DNA of 64,000 nucleotides from the NCBI RefSeq assembly GCF_001194135.2, contig NC_068987.1, forward strand, positions 89,685,805 to 89,749,804, in the 5' to 3' direction. This document shows, piece by piece, positions 51,540-64,000 of this stretch; position 1 is the stretch's first letter; each line of letters begins with the position of its first letter. This DNA is from Octopus bimaculoides. Taxonomy: Eukaryota. Made by a program: the position numbers and the translations under genes. Under the pieces are notes generated by a model, which had not been told where the DNA came from, searched no databases, and worked only from the letters and a program-made list of their open reading frames with translations.

Positions 51540-52691
51540 GTGTGTATACACGACGGGCTTCTTTCGTGGGTTTGCTTCAGTTATTATTCACGCAAACCAA
51601 CAATATTCCGCACGTACACTACAACAATAATAATAAAGCCATCCACTTCGACAATGGCGACTCAGACGTTTGACGTATATTACCATTGGCCGGCTCAACT
51701 CTTAGCAACTAGCACCTTGTGACTGTCCTTTTCCCCAAACTTCTTTGAGCCTAGGTTTAAATTTCTTGTCTTTAATCGACTGACTACATCCTAGAATATC
51801 CTGGTTCGCTGATGAAGTCATAAGACAGAAACATCAAGGGTTATCCTACGTACATACAGGAAAAATGAAAATATTATAAGTCACCCTATGTACGATGAAT
51901 AGCGACAATCATATTTATTCTTAATACGTTCTGGCACATTCGAACTGGAATATGCTAATCGCTGGTGTGTTTCGTCAGAGGAGAACAACATCTCTTTTAC
52001 TGCAAATAAGTGTTCATAACACTCGATTCAGTAACACAAGGGACTCTGGGACAGCGGTTTTCTGATGTAGTTGTATTTCGCAAGCTAGAGGCATCCCTGG
52101 ACAAATGAACCTAACAAAAGGGCCGATTCTTTTGTTTATAACACCAGCGAACAAACTGCTTACTGAATCGTACTGATATCTGTCAACCGACAAATCGTCA
52201 CGTGCACAGTGAACAGTAAGAACAGAGAAAATTTTGTAATGAAAAACAAACAAAAAATAATATTATCTCTCGTAAATTTATTAATGTCTGCATTAAATAC
52301 GTTAACACTGACTTGACTGTTGCGTTTCATACTGATGTTAAACCTAAATTATTATTTATATTAGTTTTATGGCAGACAATGTGACAAAAGATTAAGTCAG
52401 TAGAAGCAACAGGAATCTAAATAAAAGATACCATCTGACTTGTCTCTCAACGCTTCTGCAAAAAATCACCGTAGCATTAGTATCTGTTGAATGGGAGTTG
52501 TGTGTGTGTGTGTGCGTGTGGAGCTAGTTTTATACTATGATATATTCATTTATAAGAAAGTCACTTATTAATCAGATGGGAGTATGTACTGAAAGAAAGG
52601 AATTATTAAAGTCTACAATGACCAGAAAATTCTTAAAAATTCCAATTTTATATTTTTCACATTGTGGTTTATTATTTTATTATTGAAAGTT

Positions 52692-52901
52692 TCAACTACA
52701 CGATTCAGCCAGAAAACTCTTTAAATCACTGTGAGATAGCGGTTTTTTAAAACGTTTTACCACGTTTCCTCTTTGTCCTTTGTCTTTCTCGCACAGTTTT
52801 ACTGTTTCCTTGCAACAATATTTCTCTATCTTTGACTTGACAGTGGAGATGGTGCGAGTACATATGAGAATGTGTTGTCTAATCAATGTTAACACAGAGG
52901 T
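52692..52901 (-). CDS. Tentative terminal exon of the ZnT-like gene (TSVLTLIRQHILICT...KYCCKE...stop)
   Basis: Phase-0 TAACAG acceptor and a 70-codon frame with C/CC reminiscent of the Cys-rich ZnT1 tail; the acceptor is weak. The alternative is read-through to the stop at 53526 (ISPVS*). Confidence 0.35.
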   Translation of the reverse strand, partial: TSVLTLIRQHILICTRTISTVKSKIEKYCCKETVKLCEKDKGQRGNVVKRFKKPLSHSDLKSFLAESCS

Positions 52902-53534
52902 CTGTTACATCTGGGACAGTAAGACCTGTAGGCTACACTTAGTCTTTCGGCCGATTGCTTATGTGACATAAATCTGCTTGATTAAGATCAACCTAGGCCT
53001 AAACAGCAACAGAAGAATTCGAACTGTATACGATCCTACTCTTATCATCACTATTTAACATCCACTTTTCTATGCTTGCATGGGTCAGACGGAATTTTTT
53101 GAGACAGATTTTCAATGGCTTGATGCCCCTTCTGTCGCTAACCCTCACCCATTTCCAAGTAAGGCTATATTTCCCCCATGGCCAAACTTGTTTTTCATGG
53201 AAGACTAGAAACTAACAACCTCTCATGTATGACGATGATACACACACACGCGCATACGCACACACATACACACACATACATACACACATATAGTATACAC
53301 AATGTGCTTCTTTCAGTTTCCGTCTACCAGATCCACTGACAAGGCTTTGGTCGACCCAGGGCTATAGTTGAAGGCATTTACCCGAGATGCCACGCATTCG
53401 GATTGAACCTAAGACTACTTAGTTGGGAAGCAACTGCAATGCCTGGAATCTACATTTGTATTTAGTATCGAGAACGCTTTCTTGATGTAGTTTTTTTTTC
53501 TCAGCCATATTGTCAAGAAAGAAGATCAACTTAC

Positions 53535-53714
53535 AGGAGAAATTTCTGGTTGGATGGAAATGTGTTGTATTCCTGCTTTCTTCATTAATTGTTTGATTTG
53601 ATGAAAAGAGTTGAGGAAATGAGAAGACGTGACAACATAATGCAACGTGATAACAACTGTATTGTCTGTTAGCTGCCATAAATGAAGTTCATGGACATTG
53701 AGAACACCAGGAAC
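53535..53714 (-). CDS. ZnT-like exon (C-terminal domain VPGVLNVHELHLWQL...GIQHISIQPE)
   Basis: CAG acceptor, GTAAGT donor, 180 nt; VHELHxWQL and IQPE motifs of the ZnT C-terminal domain. Confidence 0.92.
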
Positions 53715-55968
53715 CTGAGATGAAAAAATACAATTAGCTTGATTAATAAAGCAAACGGTAGGATTACAGGAAGTTTGAATTAACTGTGTGCATTGTCTTT
53801 CCATTATACTTTATAGCGAGCTGAGGCGGTGAGCTGGCAGAATTATTAGCACACTGGGCGAAATGCTTAGCGGTATTTCGCCCGTCGCTACGTTCTGAGT
53901 TCCAATTCTGCTGAGGTCGACTTTGCCTTTCATCCTTTCGGGGTCGATGGAATAAGTACCAGNNNNNNNNNNNNNNNNNNNNNNNNNNNNNNNNNNNNNN
54001 NNNNNNNNNNNNNNNNCCCAATTTCAGGCCTTGTGCCTTTAGTAGAAAGGATTATACTTTATACCTAGTTAAGGAGGTTGATAAGATTCAAATATGCTTT
54101 CAATATTTGTTGAAAGGAATATCGTAGTTGATAGCATAAAAAATGAGCGGGCGTTTTAGACTCACCCTAATTTCATCAGCGCATATTCAGGAAAAAGTGG
54201 TTTTGATACATTAAAGCATGGGATATTTATGTTCTGAGTTCTGAGTTCAAATTCCGCCGAAGTCGATTTTGTATTTCATTCTTTCGGGGTCGATAAAATA
54301 AGAACCAATTAAACACTGGAATGAATGTAATCGACTTGTCCTCTTCTCCCGAAATTGCTGGCCTTGTACCCACATTTGAAACCAATATTTACAGAAACTT
54401 TACTTATAGGACTCAGGGGGTTGGCTATTTTTGAAACTATTTTGTTAAAAACTGTGTCGTATATGCCATCAAATGCTATAGAATTATAGTGCTAATTATG
54501 CGCGTTAATGTCTTTTACTGGCCGCATTCTTGCTGCTAATAAACCATTTTGATGGCCATTGGCTCAGATATGTTAACATTAACTCAATTTTTAGATAATT
54601 TTATATTCTTTACTTTTGTTTTGTGATTCTGATCACAGCGGGTGGAGTGTTGTTTGTCGTAAGATTGTGTCAGCTGAAGTGGTACAGTGGTGCAGTGAAG
54701 GCTGCAGTGGCGCCGTGTTGTATTGCTTGCAGCGATGTCGAATTAGTTGAAATATCATAGTGTTGGTTGTAGTGGCACAGATAGAGAAGGTAGGATAACA
54801 ATGTCTGCAGTATGGTAACGGTGAGACTTTGGTTGGGAAGGAGTTTCTGCATCAGTGTAGCTGTGGTTGTTTGTGTAGTGGTGTGATGGGTAACGTGGCT
54901 GGTTGTGTGTTGGCTGTAGTGATGGTGTGTTAATGTTGGTTACTACAGAGTTGGTGTCTTTGGAGACCGGGTATAAACCATGGTATTAATGATTGTCATA
55001 TCAGTTCCTCCTCCTCCTCCTCCTCCTCCTCCTCCTCCCCCTCAGCAGCATTTAACGACCGTTTTCCATGCTGGCAAGGGTTGGACGGTTTGACAAGCTG
55101 GTAAAGCCAGGAGCCGTATCAGGTTTTTCCACTGCCGCAGGGTTTTAGAAGCGAGAAGAACGAGGGGCAAAAAAGAGGAAATATGACAATTCACTGGATG
55201 CAACCACAAGAAACACCGGCCTTTCAAGATGTCAAGTTGTCCTCATGGAGGAGGCATGAGTAGATACTTGAGAGTGGACTCTGCAACAAGGACCCAAGTG
55301 TCCAGTGGTGATGATGGTGGGGAAGGATTAAACTGGGTATCTGACTGGAAATGGAAACGAGGCTAATTAGTCACTTCACAGGAACTTAACGTTTTACATC
55401 TCGCACCTGGGAGGTCGTCGTATTACTTTAAAAAAAGGGTTCTTATATCGAAGGAGAGGACTTGAATGGAGATAGGAAGAAAAATAAGTGAGGTGGAGGA
55501 TATCATGCCTTACCAAGAGTATTATCAATGATCCAAAAGAATGATGTTTTTTTTAAAAAAAAACCTGTTAAACCCTGTAATATTGTTGTTGGGAATATTC
55601 TAAAATTGTTTCAAATTTTGACACAAATTCAGCAGTTTTGAAGAGAGGGGCCTCATCGATCGCCGTACTTGACTGGTACTTATCATTTTATCGACCCCGA
55701 AGGGATGAAAGGAAAAGTCAGATCGGGCGGCATTTGAACTCAGAACGCTAAAACGGACGAAATACCGCCAAGCATTTTGTACGGCATGCTAACGATTCTG
55801 CCAGCTCATCACTTTGGAATGTTCTGATATCGAAACGTCATTAACTCTTGTTACTCTATAATTCATCTTAGTCGGATTATGTAATACATTTTATGACCAA
55901 TTACATAATCCATTAAAAAAAAATAATCATCATAACTAACGGTTATTATGAAATAGCTGTTGTCTTAC

Positions 55969-56051
55969 TATTTTCTTAATTTGTTCCATGAAGTCTTCAG
56001 CTCGAATATCATTTGGAAGAGTTTGCAGCATGATGTGTGATGTTCTGTAAA
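55969..56051 (-). CDS. ZnT-like exon (YRTSHIMLQTLPNDIRAEDFMEQIKKI)
   Basis: CAG acceptor, GTAAGA donor, 83 nt; matches the ILLQTVP motif after TM6. Confidence 0.88.
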
Positions 56052-57990
56052 CTGCAAAAGATCAAAGTATCAGAAAGTTAAGAGGTTTTAAAACAAAATG
56101 AAATTATGCAATCACGAAATACGATTCTCTGTGTTAAGAATAGTGAGTGTTACATTGAGACATAAGAGAAGTTATCAGGAGGAAGAGAGTGAACAAGAAT
56201 CTGAAAAGCGATCAATGAGTGCCCACATACATCTTTGACAATAAATGAAGAAATCAGTGAATTGGGTTGATCAGTGGTGTCTCCTTCGCCATACAGACCG
56301 CGACTGACACCTTCCAACTTCTAGCTGTTCGGTTCAACCATCCTAAATTTCTGTTAAGCATTATATATCTAACATGTTTATTATTTCATTTAATTCATTG
56401 CCACATCATCACAAAACGTCGCTATTGAGGAAAGACTAACGGACTCGATAAGAATGCTATCAGCAATAATCTGGTATCCTATCCAGGAGAGGTGAATTAT
56501 TTCTAACTCGCTTTGCGTCTGAGCTCCATAACCATGTAGCACATTTTATACGAGCCACTAAAATATCCTCTATGTAGCTGCTTGAAACAGCAGCCAGATT
56601 TCTCTCAAATTACTCTCTATCGAATGAAGCAGTCCTACATAAAATAAAATATGTGATGGTCATGGATTTGATCGTGGATCCGTACGATTCAGAGCTGACT
56701 CGGGATAAATAACACCGCTTTATGCACCCCGCTCTCTGGTTTGGAGATGTTTACATTAGTTTGGTATTATATGAAAGTAGGTCGTAGTTTGCTATAAAAT
56801 GACCAGTTAGATAAACACCTGCACAAACAACTGCCTTTTCACACAAATACCTATTTTCAAATAAATATAATTTTTTCTCACATCTCGTGAAAGATTTTAT
56901 TATTCGGAAGTCGTAGCTTTCAGGCAATCACTATTTTGTAGCGAGAACCTTACCGAGTTTCGAACCATAGCACTCGGGTTCCCCCGCTCAAGACCTTAGC
57001 CTACTATATTCGTTTTAAATTTTTCCACAAGGCCAGTGATCTTGGAAGAAGGCGTAAGTCGGTTACATCGACCCCAGTGCTCAACTGGTATTTATTTTAT
57101 CGACTCCAACAGGATGAAAGGCAAAGTCGACCCCAAGACGGACGAAATGTCGCTAAGCTTTGTTCCCGGCGTGCTAACGATTCTAACGGCTCGCCACCTT
57201 AACCGTGAATTGCGAATCCAGTTGTGAAAAACTAATTGTGTCGCCCCAAAAATTCATTAACTCCTACGCTAATATGGCTCCGCTAATCAGATCGGGGTAT
57301 AACCAAGTAAGCGGAAATCTTTTCACCCAAATCGTCTGCTCGGACCTTCTAGAGAAACACCAATGGGTTATAAAAACTGGCGAGTTGAACTCCCAGACAG
57401 AGCCATTCAGAATTTCACGAGGAGTCTTATTGCTATGTTCTGTCTGATAGTCTTACCCTTTGGTACGTTTCTTCACAGAATTATATAACTCAATGATATA
57501 TATGTTCTCATTTTTTCTACTTGTTTTGCATTGAACCACTTAAAATGCGACTCGAAGCTATGTTAGTCAGCATATTGATAAAGTGTTCGAATCATTTCCG
57601 CTTAATTTGTTGTGGTAAGAAGCTTGCTTCTCAACTACATGGTTCTGGGTTCAGTTCCACTGCGTGGCTGACCAAAGCCTTGTCAGTGCACTGGCAGACA
57701 GAAACTGAAACAAGCCAATCGTGTGTGTATATATTTGTTTGACTAAAACCTCTTCAAATCAGTGCCCCAGCATGGCCGCAGACTAATGACTGAAGCAAGT
57801 AAAAGATAAAAAGATTATAAAACTATTAATGAGGTTACTGCGAACGTAATATGCATCCTACCAAAATGTATTTCGTTAATAATTATTCACGCTAAGATTT
57901 TATATTGCGTACTGATAGCCCTGATATGACCAATTGAACATGAAAGTACGAGGGCGAGTGAGAATGTAATACAATTTTATTTGTATTACT

Positions 57991-58564
57991 GGATCTTTTT
58001 TAAAACGGGGGCCACATTTTTCATTAACGAAACACTTTGAAACTTGGAACACTGGTAGAATGTGTCATATAAAACATCTTTTTCTCTTAGTCTTCTTAAA
58101 AAAAAAAATCCCTAAGTTATTCCATGTTAAAGTTGTCGTATTTCTGTAATTTCAACCAATCACTGACGTCCATTCAGCCGATATACATTAAGTGCCGACT
58201 ACATAAACAAACGATTTTGAAACAATTCTATCGGTGATAGGGTTAGGGTTAGGATTAGGGTTAGGGTTAGGGTAAAACAGCAAATTTAAAAAGAAAAAAG
58301 CAAAACGAAGCTATGGAAATTAAATACGCTTTACACCGCTTAATCAGCCAAAGGAGTAAATGTAAACAACTGAATACTTGTCAGTGATTGGTTGAAATTA
58401 TCGAAATAAGACAATTTTTTACATGAAATAAATTCGAATACAAAAATATTTTTCTGTTCTATAACACAAAATAGATAAGTATACGAAGTTTGAAAGTCTT
58501 TCGGTACCAAAAACACTACGTAAAACATTAATGAAAAATGTGGCCCCCGTTTTAAAAAAGATCC
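57991..58564. mobile_element. MITE with ~37-bp GG-initial TIRs, 8-bp TSD and internal (TTAGGG)n
   Basis: TIR GGATCTTTTTTAAAACGGGGGCCACATTTTTCATTAA; TSD GTATTACT at 57983-57990 and 58565-58572; telomere-like tract at about 58248-58272. Confidence 0.9.
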
Positions 58565-61192
58565 GTATTACTTTCTGACTCATACTTAGGGAAATACCAG
58601 CACGAAAACGAAACTTCGTCAAGTGGCTTCCTTTTATTACAAATTTCTTTTGCCCAGTTACGATAATTCGATTTTATCGGAAGAATGGTCACAGTAATAA
58701 AAAATACCAGCTGCATTTCGTTATGTCTTTTTGTATTCTGAGTTCACATCTCAGTATGATCAGCTTCGATATTCATCCTTTCGAAGTCGATAAAAAAAAA
58801 AGTACCAGTGAATTAACTGAATCACTACTAACCACTATACCAGGACCAGTAAATCTGATACTAGAGTAAATTATATGCTGTTACCCTTTACTCGGTGCCA
58901 TATGTATGTGCTTATATTGTTCAGTAGCTATTTCAGACTTGATCCATCTCTCCCTTGTGCCTTTATTACGCGAAGAAAGAAAAGGGTATTTCAAACCAGA
59001 CGATAGCAACATAAAAGTGGAATATTCCATTTTGTGCTAAGTGTACATTGTTCTTTTTATTTAACCTCCCTGACGTCAATTACAAAGGTTCCTTTATACA
59101 GATATAGATTTTAATCGTCGTAGATAATGTTCTAGTATCTGTTGCTGATGTTACTTTATAGCCGTGTCAGAGCTGTCGTCACCCTTATCGAATTTACAAT
59201 GATATTGTAAACTGCTTCACTGAAATTCCTTTTTACAAACCTTTGCAATGCGTGGATACCACTGGTTACCTATCTTTGTTTCCTGTTCTGTAAATGGGAA
59301 GGGGAAATAGATCTCTTCCTAAGATATGACACAAGTCTGTAGTGAAATTACCTATCGCCATTAGATACAAAACTACTATCGCCATTACATACAAACTATC
59401 TTCTCATTTATATATAAACAAGCGCGGGCGTAGTGGAAAACATTTTTCCCTGTCATCACGTGACTGATTATTATTTGAAGCGGCAACTGCTTAGTACCGT
59501 TCCCGCCAGAACGCAACCTGACCAATCACGACACCTAATAAGGTCACGTGATAGAGTATTTTACTGATACCTTTGGGAGCCTACTATCAACTATGAATAG
59601 ACCAAATTATACCCGGCAAATTCGTCTCGGTTCAGATCTCTTAGAGACCTGTTCCGTGTACCACACAGATCAGCAGCAGCAGTTCCAGCGACTACTTCAA
59701 CAGCTTCGTCCAGCTACGACTACCACCGACGTCGCCATCAGCAACACGAGTCTACGACTACTAACCAGCATCATCGCCACCAGCATCGCCAACATAGTCA
59801 ACACGACTTTAACTACGAACTACAAGATTCGCCACCGTTGATTTCTACGTACACCAACTAACCAAACTACCGCGGCACATCTCTCTCTCTTCGATNNNNN
59901 NNNNNCAAGAGTTCAGCCTGCGACGAACATCTGTATAACAAGAACCCGGCCCGGCATGGAAGCCACAACATCACAACTAGTGATCGCTCTGCCACACACG
60001 CCTCAACTTCTTTCATATACAGACTCTTCCTATTGTGTACTCTAAGAACTGGTATAAATGCTCACGTGTTACTGACTCTTTCTATCTGCTGTATATAACG
60101 CATACACATACATGTATCACTTACACACACTCTTTTCTTTATACGACGGCCTGTCTTTTATTAGGTTTTCATTATGTCGCATTCACACTCACACACAAAC
60201 ATACATTTTAATGTCACAATAAATATTCCTGTTATCCATCTCAATCGGTTGTCATCTATCGTCTTCATTACTGGTCATTTACGAAATCACTATGTTATCG
60301 TAGTATAACATATTTATATATCATCTTTGATATAATTTTTGTGTTCGACCGTGTGACGCGTTTAAATGAAAGGAGTCCTGTTTTTCCATTCGTCACCATT
60401 TCTCCTTTTTGGGTTCGCACGGTCGTTCTTACAAGTCTACTGCCGAGAAGTTTTTCACAAACAAGATAAATTGAATTTTGCAACTCAAGAAAAATTGAAC
60501 TCAGCAACGGAAACTAACTTTTAAAAATTTGTTTTCCTGTGCCATTTATGGTGTTGTATCAGCAGAATAGATTAAACAGCGAACAAAATGTCTTGCATAT
60601 TTACGTTCTGAGTTCAAATCCTGCCAGTTAATTTTACCCTTCATGTTTTCGATTCAAGGTTTAGCCAGTTTCTTGTGCCTAGTGCAACTTTAAGGTATGA
60701 ATACACTGGTCAGTTACTCGTGGTGGGTAATGGGTTTAGAAATCCAGTGCTAATGTATGCATGTGGTTTGCTGTGAAATACTAGTGTACCTAGTGCATTG
60801 CTTTCCTCCTGGGGCCTATAATACTGTTAAGACGGCTCTGATTGTGACAAATGTTAGAAATCATGGTTTCCATATATCACTTAAGACCATGAATCTACAT
60901 ACGAACAGGGTCTCTCCAAGATGCAAACATGAGCAATTTATGAAGTTTTTATGAACGACAAACAGTTTGAGTGTAGCGTTCTTAACAACCTTAACTACGG
61001 AACACAATGGGAGATATTCTCCAAGTCTTAAACATAAAACAACGTTATGAAAATCTATAAATTTATGCATCAGAATAGAGTTGGGAAAATTTAAGATGCG
61101 TGGAATTTCTACGGGTTTTGCTAATATATTCTAACTAGAATATCATACTTTCTGATAAGTAATGGTAACAAAGCAGAAATCTCTTTACTTAC

Positions 61193-61390
61193 GTAATGGT
61201 AAATTGGTGATAATGATCAAAGAAATAATACAGATTGTAATCAAAGGATCAGCGTAGTGGCACCAGTGACCTTCTCCGAAAATACTGAGAAGTCCGCTCA
61301 AGATTAGTCCAAGAGATGCTAAATTATTCCCGATCACGTGAACACAAAGCAGATATAAATCAACATGACCTTTTTTTGTTTGAACCTGGT
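61193..61390 (-). CDS. ZnT-like exon (TM5 LCVHVIGNNLAS; TM6 YADPLITICIISLIII)
   Basis: CAG acceptor, GTAAGT donor, 198 nt (phase 1 to 1), in frame with both neighbours; YxDP start of TM6. Confidence 0.9.
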
Positions 61391-62612
61391 CTGGAATTCA
61401 AAAGAGAAAACATAAGAGAGAAGAAACAAAACAAACTCAAAAAAAACAAAACAACAAGGAAATCAACCATCCGTCCATTTCCACTGCTCACTATTCCTGA
61501 TATAACCAACCGTCTTCTTCTTTACTCTGCCCTTAGGTCTCCTACTGGTTGGTTCGGCTTGAAGAATCTTTTTTGTGATCCTTTTCTGCGTGTTTTAATT
61601 ACATGTCCATTGTATCGGATCAGATGTTTATTGAACCCAATCCTCCAGTTCAGTCCTGATAGAACAGAACTACAATTAAACGCAATCAAGCCGTGACCAC
61701 CCACTCGTTTTTCTAAACATAGTGTATCTTGATTTAATATGTCCTTCCCATTTAATGACGGTATGATTTGAAAACAGATTGGCTGCTATTACAAGCAGAT
61801 CGAACGACAACAAAGAGGCCCGGACGTTGGCTTGTCGTAGCTGTTTGTCTTAGTGGTTTGGTAACGAGGAACAATTATGACCATATCTTCGTTAGCCATC
61901 CGCGACTGATTAGGGGTCGCTGGTTATGACCCCATCAACTCCCGCTGCACAAACACCAATAGTACATTGCACCTGTTTATGGCAACAAAACAACTCACCA
62001 CTGACAAAATACAAACCACCTACTAGGTCGTCAATAAGATCAATGATAATGTAGCGGTAATTCTAAACTGAACCGCAAGGTAGCCGGTCAAACACCATGA
62101 TCAAACCACAATAGTTTCACGTGATCGGTCTGTTAAGTAATCAGTCAGCTTCAAGCCATCGCATGATTCAATCCTATAGAATTTTCTTCTCGTGCCCTAT
62201 AAAGATGTGTTTTTTGGCGATAATTGCAGAATGTTGAGGCAGTTGCACATTCTCATCGCCACCTCCACTCGTTTAAGACAGATGACAGGTAGCAGACAGG
62301 AATTGTGTCACCACGAATATAGCGCAATTATTTTCCAGTTGTAAAGGGTCAACAACAAATTGCTATATCAGTAAGCTTATCGTAAACTCCAAATAATATG
62401 TCTCTCCCAGTATGTAATTGCTGTTGTTATTTGTAAAAGACCAACACAGTTAAAACTCTACGTGCAGTAGTGAAATCTGTTTATTGTTAGTGGGTGTTGT
62501 TCAGTTATTTCTTCACGCAGCCCAAGAAATACATTTTCATTCAGCAACCCGGTCAGTTATCATCTCAGACCAGCCGGCAACAACAAATCACACCGACACA
62601 ACTCACGACAAT

Positions 62613-62658
<46 letters not shown>

Positions 62659-62702
62659 GTATCTGTTCTTGTAGGATTAATGCATTGTTAACGTTTACTT
62701 AC

Positions 62703-63063
62703 ATGCGATAAGTTTTTCTTCCGACAGCTTTACCGCTTGAGAATGTTTGCTAGTACAAGACAGACTGTTATAGCCACAATCCTTGTCATCTTCATAACAT
62801 TTCAGTTTCTTGTTCTTTCGTCTCTGCCGGTTCAAAGCCACAGCAAGTATAATCAAACAAAGGAGGTTGACACTAAGTCCAACACAACCCATGATAACAA
62901 TTATAGATGGTTGTTTCAGCTCCACTGTTGTGATTAGACGCTTCGCTGTGTGACTGATGATGGATATTGACAGAGCTAAAATGAACGTGGAATTAGCAAA
63001 GCCACCAAGAACGTAGCAACGTCCATAACCGTAGGTGTTTTTTTCCTTTCTATTTCGAGCTAT
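62703..63063 (-). CDS. SLC30/ZnT1/ZnT10-like CDF transporter exon (TM3, TM4, cytosolic loop)
   Basis: TAG acceptor, GTAAGT donor, 361 nt; KNTYGYGR...VLGGFAN...QPSIIVIMGCVGLSVN aligns by eye to ZnT1 KNTFGWIRAEVMGALVN...QPLVVLGVGVAGLLVN. Upstream exons (TM1-2) not found in the window. Confidence 0.88.
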
Positions 63064-63129
63064 CTATTGAATATGAAAATACAAAAAAAGATATCAAGTT
63101 ATAACATATACAGTATTTGGTGGCATATA

Positions 63130-63410
63130 AGACACTTTCCAAAAATATGTCTCAAACAATAAGTCGGTCTCCCTGGGTCCTGTATGTAAAGTTGGGTCTC
63201 CAATAAGCATTAATGCACTTCACACTTTTTCCTGGACATGTGCTACTGGAATTGCAGTATGTCTAATATTCCTGTGTCTTTTAAGGCCATTACATACGGT
63301 ACATTCCTTCACAATGTCTTTAACTCGATTTCTTCGACTTCAGAAATAAAGTGTCTTTTACTCATTAATTGAAGGTTTATAGGCTTGTGGACATTTTATT
63401 TTCTCATTTG
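63130..63410 (-). mobile_element. Degenerate LTR-retrotransposon integrase zinc-finger relic
   Basis: LYF*...VKDIVKECTVC resembles the H2C2 YxW...V..C..C motif; multiple stops. Confidence 0.4.
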
Positions 63411-64000
63411 AAGGACATTAGAAGCAAGGAGTTGAGATATATTAAAACCAAAAGAAAAAAATAAAAGTTTGTGTCGTAGGAAGTTTTCTTATATTGAGAG
63501 ATAAAGTCCTTAGGTACAGCCAGTGGGACTATTTCGGTATTGGTTCAGTATTATACTCGAATATAAATTATCGACTGTCGACACGACACTCTTTACAAGA
63601 GAAATTATATTAGTAATATTGAAATAATAGATAACTTAATTTGTACTAAATTTACTGTTTCATTCATATGAAGATATTCAGCAAGTAACCAGATTTCAAA
63701 ATCAATTCTAAGAGCTATATTTTCCAATAAACTAATATAAGGTTGAGAGAAAGAAAGAGTTAACTAGCTTTGTTTGCATCGGAGAATGTCTTCTGCAATG
63801 TGCTGGCTGAGTAACGTCGTATGGAGAATTTATCTAGTCGAAGAGAAAGATAAATATCTGTTTTTCTGCAGGAATTAACAGAACAATAGCCCCAAAATCT
63901 TGTAGTAGATTAGAAATCGAATCGCTGGATAGCTGTGCAGATACTACGGTAAAATCACTGTCGTTTCACGTGATCGGCGGATTAAGTGACCAATTGACGT

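Noticed and set aside
51796-51845. CTGATGA-A-GTC-ATAA-GAC-A-GAAAC, a second hammerhead-like core
   Set aside because: A helix II exists, but there is no credible helix I pairing and helix III is not palindromic; may be chance or a heavily decayed copy.
60861-61070. ORF containing LHLGETL as a possible ZnT TM5
   Set aside because: The true TM5/TM6 exon is 61193-61390; this match is coincidental.

Overview
AT-rich, repeat-dense, gapped eukaryotic genomic DNA. The repeat landscape (tRNA-derived SINEs, RTE LINE tails ending in (ATG)n, many microsatellites) suggests a coleoid cephalopod, probably Octopus; this is inference. I reconstructed three spliced genes by hand from splice sites and frame continuity. 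(1) EMC10 on the minus strand: six coding exons from 19530 down to 2068; the final TM exon was not found and probably lies left of the window. (2) A complete 394-aa membrane-anchored SDR9C-type short-chain dehydrogenase (HSD17B2/RDH/BDH1-like) on the plus strand, six exons from 19839 to 43388, head-to-head with EMC10 across 308 bp. (3) The 3' part of a divergent SLC30/ZnT1/ZnT10-like cation diffusion facilitator on the minus strand (63063 down to about 53535), whose TM5 metal site reads HxxxN instead of HxxxD. The introns hold RTE, CR1, mariner and Merlin relics, several SINE families, many fold-back elements and a decayed SLC23 transporter fragment. The most unusual item is a cluster at 26.8-27.9 kb of four alternately oriented copies of an element joining a tRNA-like head to a sequence whose consensus folds as a Penelope-type minimal hammerhead ribozyme. 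All calls are by eye; no database searches were run.
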